Below the pieces are notes generated by a model. The model had not been told where the DNA came from, did not search any database, and saw nothing but the letters and a program-made list of their open reading frames with translations. From Candidatus Woesearchaeota archaeon (GTDB taxonomy: Archaea > Nanobdellota > Nanobdellia > Woesearchaeales > JAGLXL01), in assembly GCA_030640025.1 (NCBI GenBank), contig DAOWKC010000002.1, forward strand, positions 360,119 through 424,118: a DNA stretch of 64,000 nucleotides, given 5' to 3'. Below, one piece after another: positions 9,401 through 19,375 of this stretch (positions are counted from its first letter, which is position 1; every line of letters begins with the position of its first letter). The translations under genes and the position numbers were made by a program.

Positions 9401-12400
9401 CAATACATACATGGCAGGAGCGCCGCACGAAACTGGTGCTAATGTTTATATTGGCGGTGCCTTGTCTTACGGAGATTTTAATATTGATGGTTATTCAGAC
9501 TTTTTAATTGGGTCTTATGGAGCTGATGTAGGAGGACATACTGATAATGGAGAAGTGGTTCTTGTTTATGGAAGACCTGCATTTTCCTCTGTAAATGGAT
9601 ATGAATATTCAATGGATATTAGTGCTGGAGAAGTAAATGCGAGCTTTTATGGTGAGGTAAACACAGACAGACTAAGATTTGTGCCAACTGGTATGGCAGA
9701 AGATGTATTTTATGAACACATAATGATGGGGGCTGATGGTTTTGATAATGGCGGAGGGGGTTCTTGTCCGTTCTTGTATGTTTGGGACGGAACAGAATTT
9801 GGTTTCCATGTTGACATATATCCTTCTGGAAGGCTTGGTTCAAAAATAGCAAGCGGAACACTTCCTCCACAGCCAAAAGATTATTACTTAATATCTAAAG
9901 AAAGTTTGACTGCTGCGGATGGAAAATATCAACTCCGCCTTGTTGAAGAAAGGGATGAAGTTGATTACCTTGATCAAACAGAACTCTATGTTGTTGAACA
10001 TACACCAAATACTGAAGTGGTTCCTGAATTAACAGGATTCAATCCAAAATATAAAATGAAGCTTTATTTATTAAATGAGACTATGGTACCTATCTCTTGT
10101 ATAACTGATACTGGCGAGAACTGCACAGATAAGTTGGCTGCTCAGGATTATGATTTTATTGGATTGGGAGACCGGGAATATCTTGACTGGCATTATGTTG
10201 AACTTGACTTTGGAAATATTCCTGGAGATGCTGCTCTTGTCTTTAGGGGCTATAGTGTCTGGCCTCTAACTCCAGAAGGGGTTGCTAGAAGATCATTGTT
10301 TGATAAATATGCATATATTCAGATTTATAATGGCACTGATTGGGTTAATTCTTCCTTGTATCTGCCTAACCCCAAGGAAATAACCCGGGATGCTCCCCTA
10401 AATTTCACAGGTTTGTCTCCAAATGGAAATTATAAAGTCAGGTTGCATTGGGTGCACAACACTTTCTTGGACCAGATCTATATGGGTACAATAAGTGATG
10501 AAGAAATAAGTATCACCAAACTTAATATCACTTTTGCTAACTTGACTCATCATGGAACATCTCACTTCTCAAGCTATCCTCCTCCGCTTAACTCAGATTA
10601 CGAGACTGCTAATGCAATACCCAGCAATTACAAGTATTATGATGGAAATTACACAAGATACGGCGATGTCCTGGAATTATTAAATAAAACAGATGACAAG
10701 TTTGCCATCTTCCATGCAGGCGATGAAATACAGCTGGAATGGGATGCTTATAATCCAACCCAAGATTATGACTTTATGCTGTATTCATATGGGTACTATA
10801 AGGACCGAAAAGCAGCAATTAATACACCCAACATGACTGAAGATGTTGAGCCCTTGCCTTTCCATGATATGAGCAACTTCCCTTACCCTGACAACGAGAG
10901 CTATCCTGATGATGAAGAACATAATAATTATCGCTTAACTTATAACACCAGAGAAAGAATTCATGGAGAAGATGTCACAACTTCATTGCCTCACAGCGAT
11001 GAAGGAAAAGTTTATGTGATGGAAGGAGCGCTGAATCATCCACCAGCTCATGACACGCCAATCTTAAATGCAACAAGTGTTGATAACTTAACCTTAGATG
11101 ATTTGATAGTCTATGTGCAGAATGTCAGTGATGTTGAAAACGATTCTGTGACAAACATTACTGACTGGAGAAAAGACGGAACTTCTATAGCTGTGCTGAA
11201 CATGCCTTTTGATACAAATGATTCTTTAGCTGTAGATGATTATTCTGACTATGTGAATGATGGAACAGTTAATGGAACAACATGGACAAGTTCTGGAATA
11301 TTAGGGGGAGCTTATGAATTTAAACGTACTAATACTGATTACATAGAGATTACTGATGATGCTTCATTAAATCTGACAGGTGATATTACTCTAGAAGCAT
11401 GGATTAAGTCAGATAGTATTGGTGTAGCACAATATATTATATCAAAGCCACTGAATGATGGTATGGGTAATATGCGTTCTTATCCTTATACCCTTTATTT
11501 ATCTCAAGGTAAGATTTGTATGAGAGTTTATATTGATGGTTGGAGCATTTATGCGGCTGGAAGCAATAATACAGTCTGCTCAGACAATAATGTTTCAGAA
11601 GGCACGTGGTCCCATGTTGTGGGAACTTATGATAACAGCACTGGTTTAACATCTATTTACATAAACGGGACAGTGAATAAATCAGCTGTAAGAACTACTC
11701 AGGACGCAGGTTTAACAAAAGCAACACCTGTATTTATTGGTTCTGAAATAAGTACTTTGGGAGTTAAAGGGTGGTCTGCCTTTAACGGTACGATAGATGA
11801 AGTCAGAATTTACAATAGAACTTTGAGTGCAGAACAAGTTGCAGCTAATTATAATAATAGTGATCCTAAGTATGACAAAATTGTTTCAGAGGAAACTGTT
11901 GTTGATGATATATGGCAGGCCTGTATAACACCAAATGACAGAACAGATGATGGGATAACCAAGTGTTCAAATAATTTGACAATTTTAAATACAGCGCCAA
12001 CCCAAGGCAGACCAATTTTAAATTCAACTGACCCCAGTAAAAATAACACTAATCAAAACTTAACTGTTTATAATCAGTCAACTAGTGACGATGATGATCA
12101 TGCAGTCAAGAATATTATTAATTGGTATAAAGATGGGGGTTCGATTACTGAAGTGCATATGCCGTTTGAAGGCGGAGGAAATGCAACTCATGATGAAGAC
12201 GGTTTCACTAAAGATTATTCTGGACATGGAAATAATGGCTCAACAGCAGGTGGCATTACCTGGAGTAAAACAGGGGGATATGACGGCAAAGGAGCTTATG
12301 AGTTTGATGGGATTAATGGTCAGATTACTATTGCTGATGATGCTACCTTAAATGTAGGAGATAAGATAACAGTAATGACCTGGGTTAAAGCTGACACCAT

Positions 12401-15400
12401 GCCTGATGACGGAGGTGCTACTTTTAGGACAATTGCCTCTAGAACAAGAGTATATGATGATGCTAATACAGTTTGGTATTTGGTTTATGCTGAAAACGAC
12501 GGGAAACTTTATTTTGCTGTTGGGAACGGCGCTTCAAGAATACAGTCTTTGAACAGCTTTACAGCTCCGGATTCAAACTGGCAGCATATAGCTGGTGTTT
12601 ACAATGGTTCGCATACGCTGCTTTATATAAACGGCTCTTTGATAAATGTGTCGAGTTCAACAGTCAGCAGCATAAAGAGTACAAATAATAATATTTTAAT
12701 TGGAGAAGATAGTGGCAGGCCTTGGAACGGTACGATTGATGAATTGATAATTTTCAATCGTTCTTTGTCAGCAGAACAAATCAAAGTGTTGTATGAAAAT
12801 AGGACAGATTTAATTGTTTCACAAGAAACTGCTGTTGATGATGTATGGCAGGCATGTATAACACCAAATGACGGAACAGATGACGGGACTGAGAATTGCA
12901 GTAATGATTTGACAGTTATTAATAATATTCCAACCCAAGGCAGACCGATTTTGAATTCGACTGACCCCCACACAAATAGCACTGATCAAAATTTGACTGT
13001 TTATAATCAATCAACTGATGATGCTGATGAGGATGCAGTCAAGAATATCATTAATTGGTATAAAGATAATACTTCATTTACTATGTTGAATATGCCTTTT
13101 GAAGGCGGTTTGCTGGCTGAAGGAGAGACAAAAGTTAAAGATTATTCTCAGTTTGGTAATAATGGAACAGTAACAGAAGCAATTTATCAAGGGTCAGGTG
13201 GTTATGATGGAAAGGGAGCTTATTGGTTTGATGGAAGCAATGATTACATTGACTGCGGAGCTGATAATAGTGTCAATCAGACTGAGGAGATGACGCTGAG
13301 TGCCTGGATAAAATATGATGCAGTGACTGACAATTATGGTGCACTGATGGCTAAGTCAGACGGAGCAGGAATCACTGCTGGATGGAGGCTCCATTGGAAT
13401 AATGCCAATCCTGAATTGAGATTCTTACTAGCTTTGGCCAGTGGAAATAAAGCAATAACCAGTCCAAGTTTAACAGCAAGTACATGGTATCATGTGGCAA
13501 CTACCTTTAATGGTACTGGGATGGCAATTTATGTTAATGGGACATTGGTAAGCAGCACAAGTTTTGCTGCGACAACAATTAAGCCAGCAACCAATGCCTT
13601 AAGGATTGGGGCTGATAATCAGGATTTGAATTTCAAAGGAACGATTGATGAGGCGATGATTTTTAATCATTCGTTAAGTGCTGAACAAATCCAGGTTTTG
13701 TACCAGAACAGGACAGATTTAATTGTTTCCCAAGAAACTTCTATTGAAGATGTTTGGAAAGCCTGTCTGACACCAAATGACGGAACTGTTGACGGAGTTG
13801 AGAATTGCAGTAATGATTTGACTGTTTTGAGAGATTATGCACTTTGTGGAGATACTTTGCAGGCAAACAACCGGTATGTATTGAAGAATGATACTTCAAG
13901 TACAGGAACCTGTTTTACAATCCCTGGCGACAATATTGAAATTGACTGCCGGGGATACAAAATCACTGGACCAGGGGGTACAGGCGTTTCCTATGCAATC
14001 TATTCAGCAGCTGCCAGGACTAATTTAACTCTCAAGAACTGCTGGATTGAGGATTTTAACCGTGGAGTTTATCGTGATTTTGTAAATTCAAAGTTCATTA
14101 ACAACACTTTCAACTACACTCGTACTTGTGGCATTCATCTTAGGTCAGCTAGTAGCTATCTTAATATCAGTGGAAACACTTTTATTGATACAGGAAAAAC
14201 CTCGCCAGCCAACAGCAATGCTGGTTCTTACTCAATCTTTCTTGACAGTGCTGATAACGTTGATATCTATCACAATACTTTCACCCGCGGCCTTGGCTCT
14301 GAAATTTACTTCAATGGCGCCAGCACCAACAGGAATATCAAACATAATTATGTTGACAAAGATAATATCAACAATGAGATCTTTTATTTTTTAACAGTTA
14401 CTGGTTCAGCTACTGTTGAAAACAATACTTTTGTCAATGTTGGAGCTGGTTGGGCTTATTATCTCACAAGTGTTAACACACTCATTACCTTTGTTGGCAC
14501 TAATCTGGTTGATGGGGAAAACGCCAGCAATTATTTTGTTTATAACAGAAATAACACCATCATTGAAAATCTAAATCATAACGGCTCAGAAAGAGTTCTT
14601 AACTGGGGTAATTTTGTTGCTTATAATTGTGATAATCTGACTGTCAGGAACAATAATTTCACCAATCATCATAGCTATTCCAACATGTACCTGCGTAGTG
14701 TAGATAATTCTGACATTTACAATAACAACATCATCAATAGAACCACCGGGGGTACTTACAACTTTCATATCTATCACTGTGATAATTTAAATATTTTCAG
14801 CAATGAAATAAAAGATACCCAAGCTGATGGATTGAAATTAGACACCTGTAGTGGAGCTCAGATATATGATAATAATATTTCAGCTAGTACATCCAGTGGT
14901 AGTTATGCCTTTGATATGTACAGCACCGCTGCTGGTCATGGCCATGCGGTTATTAAAAATAATAATATCTCAGGCGGATCTTACTCAGCATATTTTGCCG
15001 GGACTAGCTCAACTGCCTTGACCAATGTCTCTTTTTTTAATAATTCAATCTCTGGTATGGGGTCCACCGGAATCCATCTTAATGCAGGTATGATTGATGT
15101 TTCTAACAACACCATCACTTGTCCAAATAATCATCAAGGCATCCACCTCGTTAGTGCCACTGGCAACCACACTGTCTTTGGAAATCAAATCAATAATTGT
15201 CGATATGGCCTTGCTCTGCAAAGAGGAGAATCAAGAATCCAGAATAATACTATCACAACCAGAACAGCCACACCAACACAAACTTGGGGAGTTCATGTTC
15301 AAAATGTTGATAACCATCTCTTGAATGTCAATCTTACCAGGGACAACACTGTTGATGGCAAGGCTGTGCCTTATTATTTCAAAGAATCTGCTGCCAGCAT

Positions 15401-18400
15401 CTCTGATCAGAACATTAATTTAACCAAATTAATCAGCACTGGGATAACTTTAATTGGTTCTAATGATATGGTTATTGATAACAATAACATCACTGGCAAT
15501 GATGCAACTATTGGTGGTGCAGGCATAACCTTGTTATATTCTAATTATACCAACATCACCCATAATAATTTCCATGATTTTAACTATGCAATTAACCTAC
15601 CTTACTACCTTGATCAATCAGAAAGAGCTTATATTGCCCATAATTATTTCAATAGCTCGAAGTATGGAATATATTTCTCCGTTAATGTCCAATATAAAGT
15701 TAATTATACCATTTTCAATAATACTTTTTATCAAATAGGTACCAATCCAATTTATAGGTACTGTTCCGCAACTGCACCACACAGAAACAGCCGGATGAAC
15801 ATAACTGGTAACCTGTTTAATTATTCAGCATCACGAGATATGCATTTAGGTAATTGTGTTAATAATACCATAGAAGGCAATAGGTTTGATTATACAGGCA
15901 CTCAAAGTATATACTTTTATAATGCTGACCAGAACACCATCAAAAACAATAATTTCACTAATATTAGAACTGATGGAACAAGCGCTTATTATATATACAT
16001 ACAAAGTGGAAGTAGTAACAATAATATAACTGGCAATCGCTTTACTGGTTCTCCTGGTTATCCTTATTATGGTTTAGGAGTAGATTCGTCTAATAACAAC
16101 CATGTCTCTGGAAATTATTTCAATAACTCTAGATATGCTATTTACTATTTTAACACTGCCAGCGGCAACCCCACTTATAACAATGAGATATATAGTTCTA
16201 CCACAGCCGGTTTCAGAGTTGCCAATGCCAATAACCAGAATATTTACAACAACACAGTTTGTTATAACAAACAAGCTGTTTCATTCACCAATGCAGCTTA
16301 TAATCTCAGCACAGTTGGCTGGCATAACAACTTGATGTGCGTCAATTCCATTATCCCAGAAAACGGCACTACCATCCAGGACACCACCCCGGAAATCTTC
16401 TTCCACATTTCCAACTTGATGGATCAATCTTCAACCAATTGTTCTGCTGTTATCAATGGTGTTGAAAATGGTTATAATGATACTATGGGAGCAGACGGTC
16501 AAAACCAAACTATCCAAGTTTCAAATGCTTTGGCAAGCGGAGAAAACTTCCTCCAAATCAACTGCACTGATGATTATAATGATACTTTGGTATTCCATAA
16601 TATTTCATTCAATGTCCCAATAACATGTAGTGATATTGCTGATGATATTATCATGTTTGCAAATATATCTGCTGATTTGAGAGTTTGCTTTAATATAACA
16701 ACAAATAATATCACAATTGACTGTGATGGTTACACTTTAATCGGCAATGGTTCAGTTGGAATACAAGCAAATGGTTATGACGGATTGACAATTAAGAATT
16801 GTGTGTTTGAGAATTTTACACAAGACATTATTTTTGACAATTCAGATAATGGAACAGTTGAAAATACAGATGTTATTATTAATATTACAAATTCAGAGAA
16901 TGCAGTGGTCAATCTTTCTGATGTTGACTGGCTGTACATCACTAATTCAACAAATGTTCGGGTTGTTGATTCAATTGTGAGAAATTATACTTTTGCTAAT
17001 GCAACTTTCTTTATGATGGAAAACAGCACTTATGGACAGCTTAAGTTCTTAAAGAATGTTTCTGGTATTGGAACCAATCTGTTTGTAAATTCCAGTTCAG
17101 ATATTGTTTGGGAGAGCTTGAGTGTAGGAGTGAATTCAGTTAATCAGCCAGCCTTTAATATTTCAGCAAATGTTTCCTTGTATAATGTACTGCAAATCCT
17201 GCCGCAGCTATATGTTAATATCAGCGGCAACTGGACTTTGTGTAATGAAACAACCAGTCCGTCATGTTATAATTTGAGTTATGCGAACCAAGTTTACATC
17301 TTTAATGTTTCACACTTTACATCATTTATATCAAAGGAATTTGCTGGTTTGATACAGAATTTTAGCTGGCCAGCACATCTGCCAAGAGCAGGCTATGAAG
17401 GAACAATAATATTGATTGACATAGATAAGAATGGAACCAGGGATTTACATATAACCGGCAGTCTTGATACAGTAACTTATTATAATGAAGTTCACCTTAA
17501 TACTGGTGATAATTTTTCTAAGGACACTTCCTTGAGCGGTGATTTGAAAGGAGTGTCTTACAGCGGAGCTGCCTGGGGTGATTATAACAGAGATGGTTAT
17601 TCTGATTTGGTCTATTGCGGTAAGAATGCAACTCATGTTATGACTGAAGCCTTGACAAGTGCAGATGGGAAAGTTTTGAACCGGGATATTCCAAGCATAG
17701 GCAATCTGACTGATGTGGCTTATTGTTCTGTGGTCTTTGGGGATGTGGATGTTGACGGTGATTTGGATTTGGCCCTGCAAGGACAGATTGATCCAACAGC
17801 AGCAGTTTGTGAAGTTTACACTAATAATGATGGAGTCTTTAATTTGAATGTAACTTTATCAAGCAATTGCACTGGAAAATATGATGGTGAATTGAAGTTT
17901 GTTGATGTGAACAATGACAGCTTTGTTGATTTGTTGAGCATAGGTGTTACTTTAGCTGGAACTCCTTTGATTGAGGTTATGATTAATGGCAATGGCAACA
18001 AGTTAGAGCTCAATACATCATATTATAATCTGCTTAATTTAAGCAAAGCAACTTTGAATTATGGAGATATGGACAATGATGGTCTAAGAGATATAATTTA
18101 TCATGGAACAGAGGCAGGAGGGGGAAGTTCACGAACAGTTTGGTATAAGAATACTGGTTCGGGTTTTACTGAGGTAGGTAATCATGACATGAAGAATTTA
18201 ACCCAAGGAGCAATTTGTATTGTTGATTTTAATAATGACGGCTGGAGAGATGTTTATATGTCTGGAAATGAATTGGCATCAGGGAATTATCATGCAGATG
18301 TTTATTTGAATAATGGAGATGGAAGCGGGTTGTTTAAAAGTTATCAATACAGTATTAATTTATCGGCAGGGTTTAGAAGTGCTTGTGCTACGGCTGATGT

Positions 18401-19319
18401 TGAGAATGCGTCACATGCTGATTTAGTAGCAACTTGGGGCAGTGGAGGACCTGATAATTTTGTGGGTGGATGGAATGGTAATCCTGATACTTGGGTTGTG
18501 CCGGATAATGCCAGGCCGACTGCAGTAGGACCGCCAAATGTTGAGGCTAATGATATGGGTGGAGGAATGATGGAGATAACGATGGATTCAGGAGATGGTG
18601 ATGATGACGTGCCGCCGAGGGATGAGGACAATGGAGATGTGGTTGGTTATGATGCAAAAGACATTGTATCTGGAGATATATTAATTTCAAATGAACCAGG
18701 ACAAGTAGCATCGCCTGGTTCTTATGACATGACCTACCCAGCTAAAGCAAGCACTGCTATACTAAGAACAAGTATCACCAATGTGGTTGATGTTAGTTGG
18801 TGGGATTTGGACGAAGGTTATGAACTAAGTGATATATCAGATACTACAACAGTTTGGATAGCTGATGTGTTTGAGGTAGTGGGCAGTCTGGCTGCAATAA
18901 TTGTTGGAGATGATTGTTATCTTTCAACAGATAATACCACACTAGGATCTCATACTATCCCTTGTTCTAATCTTGGTAACTGGTCGACATTAAATCTGTC
19001 AATCACGCCAAGGACACCTTATAATTTAACTGTTCATTGTACAAAGAATATAACTGCAGAGTTTGGTGATGGAACTGAGAATAATAATTATATTGGGAAA
19101 GTCCAGAATACATCTTACACAGGTAACAGAACAATTATTGCTGATGCCTGGGTTTTAGCAAATTATAATGCTTCTTCCTTGTATCCGATTATGTTAGTCC
19201 AGAATGGCACTTTTACTGGCACTAACCATAATTATACTATTGAAGTTGGCAAGGAATTAGATGTTTTAACACCCGTTGGAAATTATAATAATACCATTGT
19301 CTTTACAGTTTGGGTATAA
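6450..19319 (+). CDS. giant surface protein (4289 aa). Contents: signal anchor, NET/PEP-rich stalk, two FG-GAP beta-propeller blocks, 3x LamG/ConA-like, long right-handed beta-helix.
   Basis: TM at aa 93-115. FG-GAP repeats (DVNGDGHADAIVGS, DLDNDGYDDILIGA, etc.) at about nt 8400-9560 and 17400-18300. LamG_3-like modules (LTLEAWIK...GTIDEVRIYNRTLSAEQV) repeated three times between nt 11090 and 13850. PbH1-like NNxI repeats at about nt 13860-16900. Hundreds of N-x-S/T sequons. Confidence 0.9.
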   Translation: MIDSVLSGQRKEIHSLKNKIKRAVGDKEILARQEACIEQSFENEKISFLEHRQLLNRCRQLDNSYNNLIAGWEKKIARIERGPAQKTSIKNILPVLILGLVAFVLVLSLLGGRGVLTGLFVSENTFVIEGEFRLDLNEFFEVGEGWSYYTSDAENMDVIILNQELVVTPEDGFVGENKVTVYASNGSDMIEEEIILEVAGGFGVGPAPEEVVEEPIVNETVEVVENVTIEPVENVTEPINETTELVVNETIAPEPEPEPVVEEPVNETVPEIIPEAVPETGMTVDSENKLKLDNKFIGKRTDDGEIELYFDLIEKTADKLILEFHHNSDKAENVYVSRGVLDKPVLQPGEKARFEIDLVEGIVSKFVLKAGVKKGFAVEAQYSEVFEIGKTIPVVSSNGNYTLIDRDDEKLNVEIVKDKGRIAIVGVVDEPRINSKIESVANADLTTEVAAVEPMTMERATITIPKTGKVDVIMECSEMDVENMVCLGEWQKTDIIFTDNGDTITFTVDHFSGYGGAELEVLNLQSYPTLEGNWTVEFTTTGTADLRITAVDGTTWSNINEDSVLRGGASGTQEGSPLRDLKFLEVRCGDSVLDYTWVDNSVLIENYYCNETGYETSKVLTTGKHTLKFEFGDDVDYAYNYVYSGGYDMTSQDNISWMGGQHAATGGYLGVTLDWADVNGDGHADAIVGSYYNNSGLGAVYLLYGPLERVTDVDISSKADAAWYGPSVDYVGTCIGTGDLDNDGYDDILIGAHAYDNDALDGRVNVIYGQAAAFSGTTDMDIAADATFTGNVEALGMACDCADINGDDYEDILMTSYGTGLSSDGITYLVYGQSTKFSGDTAVSNANASWTNAGSFGEAYIVRRAGDINSDGYDDFLIGEPAINNTYLYYGQGAKFSGAHTLSTSANATFATATTSDSCGWSVSSAGDFNADGYDDFLIAAPSTDGQELTDNGMVYFFYGGQGYPWSGTIAMSTTYNASFHGYSNTYMAGAPHETGANVYIGGALSYGDFNIDGYSDFLIGSYGADVGGHTDNGEVVLVYGRPAFSSVNGYEYSMDISAGEVNASFYGEVNTDRLRFVPTGMAEDVFYEHIMMGADGFDNGGGGSCPFLYVWDGTEFGFHVDIYPSGRLGSKIASGTLPPQPKDYYLISKESLTAADGKYQLRLVEERDEVDYLDQTELYVVEHTPNTEVVPELTGFNPKYKMKLYLLNETMVPISCITDTGENCTDKLAAQDYDFIGLGDREYLDWHYVELDFGNIPGDAALVFRGYSVWPLTPEGVARRSLFDKYAYIQIYNGTDWVNSSLYLPNPKEITRDAPLNFTGLSPNGNYKVRLHWVHNTFLDQIYMGTISDEEISITKLNITFANLTHHGTSHFSSYPPPLNSDYETANAIPSNYKYYDGNYTRYGDVLELLNKTDDKFAIFHAGDEIQLEWDAYNPTQDYDFMLYSYGYYKDRKAAINTPNMTEDVEPLPFHDMSNFPYPDNESYPDDEEHNNYRLTYNTRERIHGEDVTTSLPHSDEGKVYVMEGALNHPPAHDTPILNATSVDNLTLDDLIVYVQNVSDVENDSVTNITDWRKDGTSIAVLNMPFDTNDSLAVDDYSDYVNDGTVNGTTWTSSGILGGAYEFKRTNTDYIEITDDASLNLTGDITLEAWIKSDSIGVAQYIISKPLNDGMGNMRSYPYTLYLSQGKICMRVYIDGWSIYAAGSNNTVCSDNNVSEGTWSHVVGTYDNSTGLTSIYINGTVNKSAVRTTQDAGLTKATPVFIGSEISTLGVKGWSAFNGTIDEVRIYNRTLSAEQVAANYNNSDPKYDKIVSEETVVDDIWQACITPNDRTDDGITKCSNNLTILNTAPTQGRPILNSTDPSKNNTNQNLTVYNQSTSDDDDHAVKNIINWYKDGGSITEVHMPFEGGGNATHDEDGFTKDYSGHGNNGSTAGGITWSKTGGYDGKGAYEFDGINGQITIADDATLNVGDKITVMTWVKADTMPDDGGATFRTIASRTRVYDDANTVWYLVYAENDGKLYFAVGNGASRIQSLNSFTAPDSNWQHIAGVYNGSHTLLYINGSLINVSSSTVSSIKSTNNNILIGEDSGRPWNGTIDELIIFNRSLSAEQIKVLYENRTDLIVSQETAVDDVWQACITPNDGTDDGTENCSNDLTVINNIPTQGRPILNSTDPHTNSTDQNLTVYNQSTDDADEDAVKNIINWYKDNTSFTMLNMPFEGGLLAEGETKVKDYSQFGNNGTVTEAIYQGSGGYDGKGAYWFDGSNDYIDCGADNSVNQTEEMTLSAWIKYDAVTDNYGALMAKSDGAGITAGWRLHWNNANPELRFLLALASGNKAITSPSLTASTWYHVATTFNGTGMAIYVNGTLVSSTSFAATTIKPATNALRIGADNQDLNFKGTIDEAMIFNHSLSAEQIQVLYQNRTDLIVSQETSIEDVWKACLTPNDGTVDGVENCSNDLTVLRDYALCGDTLQANNRYVLKNDTSSTGTCFTIPGDNIEIDCRGYKITGPGGTGVSYAIYSAAARTNLTLKNCWIEDFNRGVYRDFVNSKFINNTFNYTRTCGIHLRSASSYLNISGNTFIDTGKTSPANSNAGSYSIFLDSADNVDIYHNTFTRGLGSEIYFNGASTNRNIKHNYVDKDNINNEIFYFLTVTGSATVENNTFVNVGAGWAYYLTSVNTLITFVGTNLVDGENASNYFVYNRNNTIIENLNHNGSERVLNWGNFVAYNCDNLTVRNNNFTNHHSYSNMYLRSVDNSDIYNNNIINRTTGGTYNFHIYHCDNLNIFSNEIKDTQADGLKLDTCSGAQIYDNNISASTSSGSYAFDMYSTAAGHGHAVIKNNNISGGSYSAYFAGTSSTALTNVSFFNNSISGMGSTGIHLNAGMIDVSNNTITCPNNHQGIHLVSATGNHTVFGNQINNCRYGLALQRGESRIQNNTITTRTATPTQTWGVHVQNVDNHLLNVNLTRDNTVDGKAVPYYFKESAASISDQNINLTKLISTGITLIGSNDMVIDNNNITGNDATIGGAGITLLYSNYTNITHNNFHDFNYAINLPYYLDQSERAYIAHNYFNSSKYGIYFSVNVQYKVNYTIFNNTFYQIGTNPIYRYCSATAPHRNSRMNITGNLFNYSASRDMHLGNCVNNTIEGNRFDYTGTQSIYFYNADQNTIKNNNFTNIRTDGTSAYYIYIQSGSSNNNITGNRFTGSPGYPYYGLGVDSSNNNHVSGNYFNNSRYAIYYFNTASGNPTYNNEIYSSTTAGFRVANANNQNIYNNTVCYNKQAVSFTNAAYNLSTVGWHNNLMCVNSIIPENGTTIQDTTPEIFFHISNLMDQSSTNCSAVINGVENGYNDTMGADGQNQTIQVSNALASGENFLQINCTDDYNDTLVFHNISFNVPITCSDIADDIIMFANISADLRVCFNITTNNITIDCDGYTLIGNGSVGIQANGYDGLTIKNCVFENFTQDIIFDNSDNGTVENTDVIINITNSENAVVNLSDVDWLYITNSTNVRVVDSIVRNYTFANATFFMMENSTYGQLKFLKNVSGIGTNLFVNSSSDIVWESLSVGVNSVNQPAFNISANVSLYNVLQILPQLYVNISGNWTLCNETTSPSCYNLSYANQVYIFNVSHFTSFISKEFAGLIQNFSWPAHLPRAGYEGTIILIDIDKNGTRDLHITGSLDTVTYYNEVHLNTGDNFSKDTSLSGDLKGVSYSGAAWGDYNRDGYSDLVYCGKNATHVMTEALTSADGKVLNRDIPSIGNLTDVAYCSVVFGDVDVDGDLDLALQGQIDPTAAVCEVYTNNDGVFNLNVTLSSNCTGKYDGELKFVDVNNDSFVDLLSIGVTLAGTPLIEVMINGNGNKLELNTSYYNLLNLSKATLNYGDMDNDGLRDIIYHGTEAGGGSSRTVWYKNTGSGFTEVGNHDMKNLTQGAICIVDFNNDGWRDVYMSGNELASGNYHADVYLNNGDGSGLFKSYQYSINLSAGFRSACATADVENASHADLVATWGSGGPDNFVGGWNGNPDTWVVPDNARPTAVGPPNVEANDMGGGMMEITMDSGDGDDDVPPRDEDNGDVVGYDAKDIVSGDILISNEPGQVASPGSYDMTYPAKASTAILRTSITNVVDVSWWDLDEGYELSDISDTTTVWIADVFEVVGSLAAIIVGDDCYLSTDNTTLGSHTIPCSNLGNWSTLNLSITPRTPYNLTVHCTKNITAEFGDGTENNNYIGKVQNTSYTGNRTIIADAWVLANYNASSLYPIMLVQNGTFTGTNHNYTIEVGKELDVLTPVGNYNNTIVFTVWV
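11090..13850 (+). repeat. intragenic tandem repeats (about 930-bp period, 3 copies, roughly 85% nt identity in cores) encoding LamG/ConA-like modules of the giant protein
   Basis: Near-identical stretches around 11860-12130, 12790-13080 and 13690-13850. Antisense shadow ORFs 11849..12049 and 12623..12982 are mutually similar. Confidence 0.8.
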
Positions 19320-19375
19320 ATTAGTCACTGGAGAATAGTAAACTTTATAAAGGTTTAAGGTTATTTGTTCTTAAA

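Noticed and set aside
6992-18631. Numerous antisense ORFs of 60-137 aa inside the giant gene (e.g. 6992..7405, 8199..8498, 11849..12049, 12623..12982, 17445..17780)
   Set aside because: They lie fully within a 12.9-kb ORF with strong domain content. They are low-complexity shadow frames, and two are similar to each other only because they lie in the intragenic repeat.
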